DNA from: Microbotryum violaceum
Taxonomy: Eukaryota
DNA length: 64,000 bases
Direction: 5' to 3'
Assembly (NCBI GenBank): GCA_001244265.2
Contig: CDLV01000007.1
Coordinates: forward strand, 434,001-498,000
Positions 61,387-64,000 of this stretch are shown here, piece after piece. A program made the translations under genes and the position numbers. The notes beneath the pieces are model-generated. The model saw nothing but the letters and a program-made list of their open reading frames with translations, searched no databases and was not told the origin of the DNA. Each line of letters begins with the position of its first letter. Positions within the stretch are counted from its first letter, which is position 1.

Positions 61387-63191
61387 GGCGTAGGTCGAGA
61401 AGGTCTCGGACTTCTTAGTGGGGACGGTCGTGTTGCGGGGGATGAGCTTCGTCATGACACCACCGGCGGTCTCGATACCGGTCGAGAGCGGGGCGACATC
61501 GAGCAAGAGCAAGTCCTGGGTCTTCTCGGACGTGTCACCGGTGAGGATGGCGGCCTGGACAGCGGCACCGTAGGCAACGGCCTCATCGGGGTTGATGGAC
61601 TTGTTAGGCTCCTTGCCGTTGAAGTAGTCCGAGACGAGTTTCTGGACCTTCGGAATACGAGTGGAGCCACCAACGAGGACGATCTCGTGGACGGAAGCCT
61701 TGTCGATCTTGGAGTCGCGAAGGACCTTCTCGACGGGTTCCATGGTGCCACGGAACAAGTCTTGGCACAACTCCTCGAAGCGAGCACGAGTGATGGAGGT
61801 GTAGAAGTCGATACCCTCGAAGAGCGAGTCGATCTCGATGGTAGTCTGCGCGGCCGAAGAGAGGGTTCGCTTGGCACGCTCGCAGGCAGTGCGGAGACGA
61901 CGGAGAGCACGGGCGTTGGACGAGAGATCCTTCTTGTTCTTGCGCTTGAACTCGGCGACGAAGTGAGTGACGAGTCGGTTGTCGAAGTCCTCACCTCCCA
62001 AGTGGGTGTCACCGGCGGTGGCCTTGACCTCGAAGATACCCTCCTCAATGGTCAAAAGGGAGACATCGAACGTTCCTCCTCCGAGATCAAAGATGAGGAC
62101 GTTCTTCTCGCCGACGGTCTTCTTGTCGAGGCCGTAAGCGATGGCGGCGGCGGTGGGCTCGTTAATAATACGGAGGACGTTGAGGCCCGAGATGACACCG
62201 GCATCCTTGGTGGCTTGTCGCTGCGAGTCGTTGAAGTAGGCGGGTACAGTGACGACGGCGTTGGAGACGGTCGTGCCGAGGTAGGCCTCAGCGGTCTCCT
62301 TCATCTTCAGCAGGATCATGGATGAGATTTCCTCGGGGGTGAACTGCTTGGTCTCGCCTCGGTATTCGACCTCGATGACGGGCTTGGTGTCCTTGGCGAT
62401 GACCTTGAAGGGCCAGTGCTTCATGTCGGACTGGACCTCGGAATCGCCCCACTTTCGGCCAATGAGTCGCTTGGCATCGAAGACGGTGTTCTGTGAGAAT
62501 GGACAATTGGGCAGCGAAAGGTCAGCGACGATGCTCAGCGTTGAATTTGGGAGACATGCGACCAAGACGAAACAAGCAAAAGTGTGCAACTTACGTGAGG
62601 GTTCATGGCGACTTGGTTCTTGGCGGCATCACCGATCAATCGCTCCGAGTCGCTGAGGTGCGAGCGAGCGCGGCGGCGGGCGCGGCGAGCGGGCGGGCGA
62701 GCGGAACGAGATGGAAGGTCAAGGAAGCATTGCGTCAGAGCGCGGGAAAAACGGTCGACCGAGTGACGTGGGAAAGAGGGTACAAAGAGGTGCAGGCAGG
62801 GTCAGTGAGATGCACTAATACGAGGAAAAGAAAGTGTGCAGTTACTCACGTGAAGGCTACATAGGAGGGAGTTGTTCGGTTACCTTGGTCCTGAGATGAG
62901 AAAAAGTTTGGGGGCAAACGTCAGCGAATCGCCGAGGACGACGAACTGGGTCTGATTGCGCCCCTGCGCCGGATGCAATGACTTACATTGGCGATGATCT
63001 CAACTCGGTCGTTTTGCCAGACACCGACGCAAGAGTACGTTGTGCCGAGATCGATTCTACAAGCGGAAGAGCACGGGTAGGAAAAGAGAGATGTCGCTGG
63101 GGTCAGCAAGCGGGTCCAACGGAACGAGCGACGGAGGACGACGACGACGACGATGAAGAGTCACTCACCCGATAGCCTTTCCAGCGGACAT
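60751..63191 (-). CDS. HSP70: Cytosolic Hsp70 (SSA type), several short 5' exons
   Basis: [43 protein letters not shown]-terminal EEVD. Confidence 0.98.
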
Positions 63192-63370
63192 GATGTGTGT
63201 ATGAAGAGTAGGTAGATGTGGTGTGGTGGGGGGTGAGTGCGCGTTGGGGTGTGTGTCAACTTGGGATGCAGTAAGTGAAATGTGTGGAAGGAGGGAAGGA
63301 GAGCCGACGTGAACGACCGGGACAAAAGTGACGACCGAACACGCGCGCGCACGGACCGCTCCCCAATTCC

Positions 63371-63455
63371 TTCGATGAGATTCCACGAAGCACTCTCGGG
63401 TTCGCTTCGGGTCGATAGCATTCCACTCGCCTCCACGCGATTCCATGCCGTTCCA
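63371..63455 (-). promoter_or_regulatory. Putative step-type heat-shock element array upstream of HSP70
   Basis: TTC (GAA on the minus strand) at 63371, 63381, 63401, 63421, 63441 and 63451, with near matches at 63411 and 63431: exact 10-bp phase. Confidence 0.6.
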
Positions 63456-64000
63456 CCGGGCAAGAAAAGACGTTCACCTCGTTTCGCTTGGGATGGGGAC
63501 GTTGGACTTAATCGATAACGGTTCGGCACACCCGACCTGAACAGGATTTTTTTTTTGACAACTTCACAATTATGTACTACTATGTACTACCACGAGTTTC
63601 GGCTGCCGAGGCTTCTGGATCAGCAAGACTTGCTCCCTCTTACATATGTTGACAATGTGTGCGGTGTTCCTGTGTCGGCAATGCAAAAGATAGCGACGAG
63701 TGGCATTGCAAAAGATAGCCACCCTTTGAAAAATCAATGTGACAGGGGCCTCGATCGAGAAGGGTCGGCGCAGCTCGTCGCGTCTCGCCACGCCTCCAAA
63801 ATTTGAATGTGAGGTGAAGTACGTGAACGAGTCCCAAGAGTCGTCAGTCCACAAGCGTTTTTCTAGACGTTGGCATCGAAGGAAAAGCATGCTCGTGCAA
63901 GGAACCTCCTCGTCAACTCGACGCCGGCCGTCGCATTTCGTCATTTCTTGGCTGGTGCCCGCGCTCCCTGCCCGCGAGCGCCGTCCGGACCTGGAAAAGC

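Noticed and set aside
61072-62325. 417-aa ORF antisense to HSP70, and the 524-aa ORF at 49838-51412 antisense to the golgin
   Set aside because: Codon-bias shadow ORFs on the opposite strand of real genes.

Overview
Eukaryotic, intron-rich, GC-rich fungal DNA. Gene content and intron signals suggest a basidiomycete, probably a Microbotryomycete/Pucciniomycotina yeast (inference). The backbone is ordinary housekeeping genes: CDC4, a YTH protein, an acyl-CoA-synthetase-like protein, QRI7, YAH1 ferredoxin, NPR2, a Zip3/RNF212-like RING protein, a CHORD protein, QCR7, a CorA/ALR1 Mg transporter, a GRIP golgin, TAF6 and cytosolic HSP70. The main finding is two related families (here A and B) of L1/Tx1-type non-LTR retrotransposons. 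In this window they occur only as head-to-tail stacks starting about 63-75 bp upstream of the two intron-containing tRNA genes: tRNA-Met at 10495-10599 (stack 10663-26900) and tRNA-Asn at 38282-38372 (stack about 35280-38211). All copies point away from the tRNA, the youngest lie nearest to it, and one nested junction can be reconstructed exactly. This looks like a fungal Pol III/tRNA-targeted LINE system analogous to Dictyostelium TRE5. Family B carries two GT-AG segments in its 3' UTR that are precisely lost in truncated copies. Both full-length elements start with a microsatellite leader and have overlapping ORF1 stop/ORF2 start codons. Many frameshifts, including some in a host gene, look like homopolymer indel errors of the assembly.
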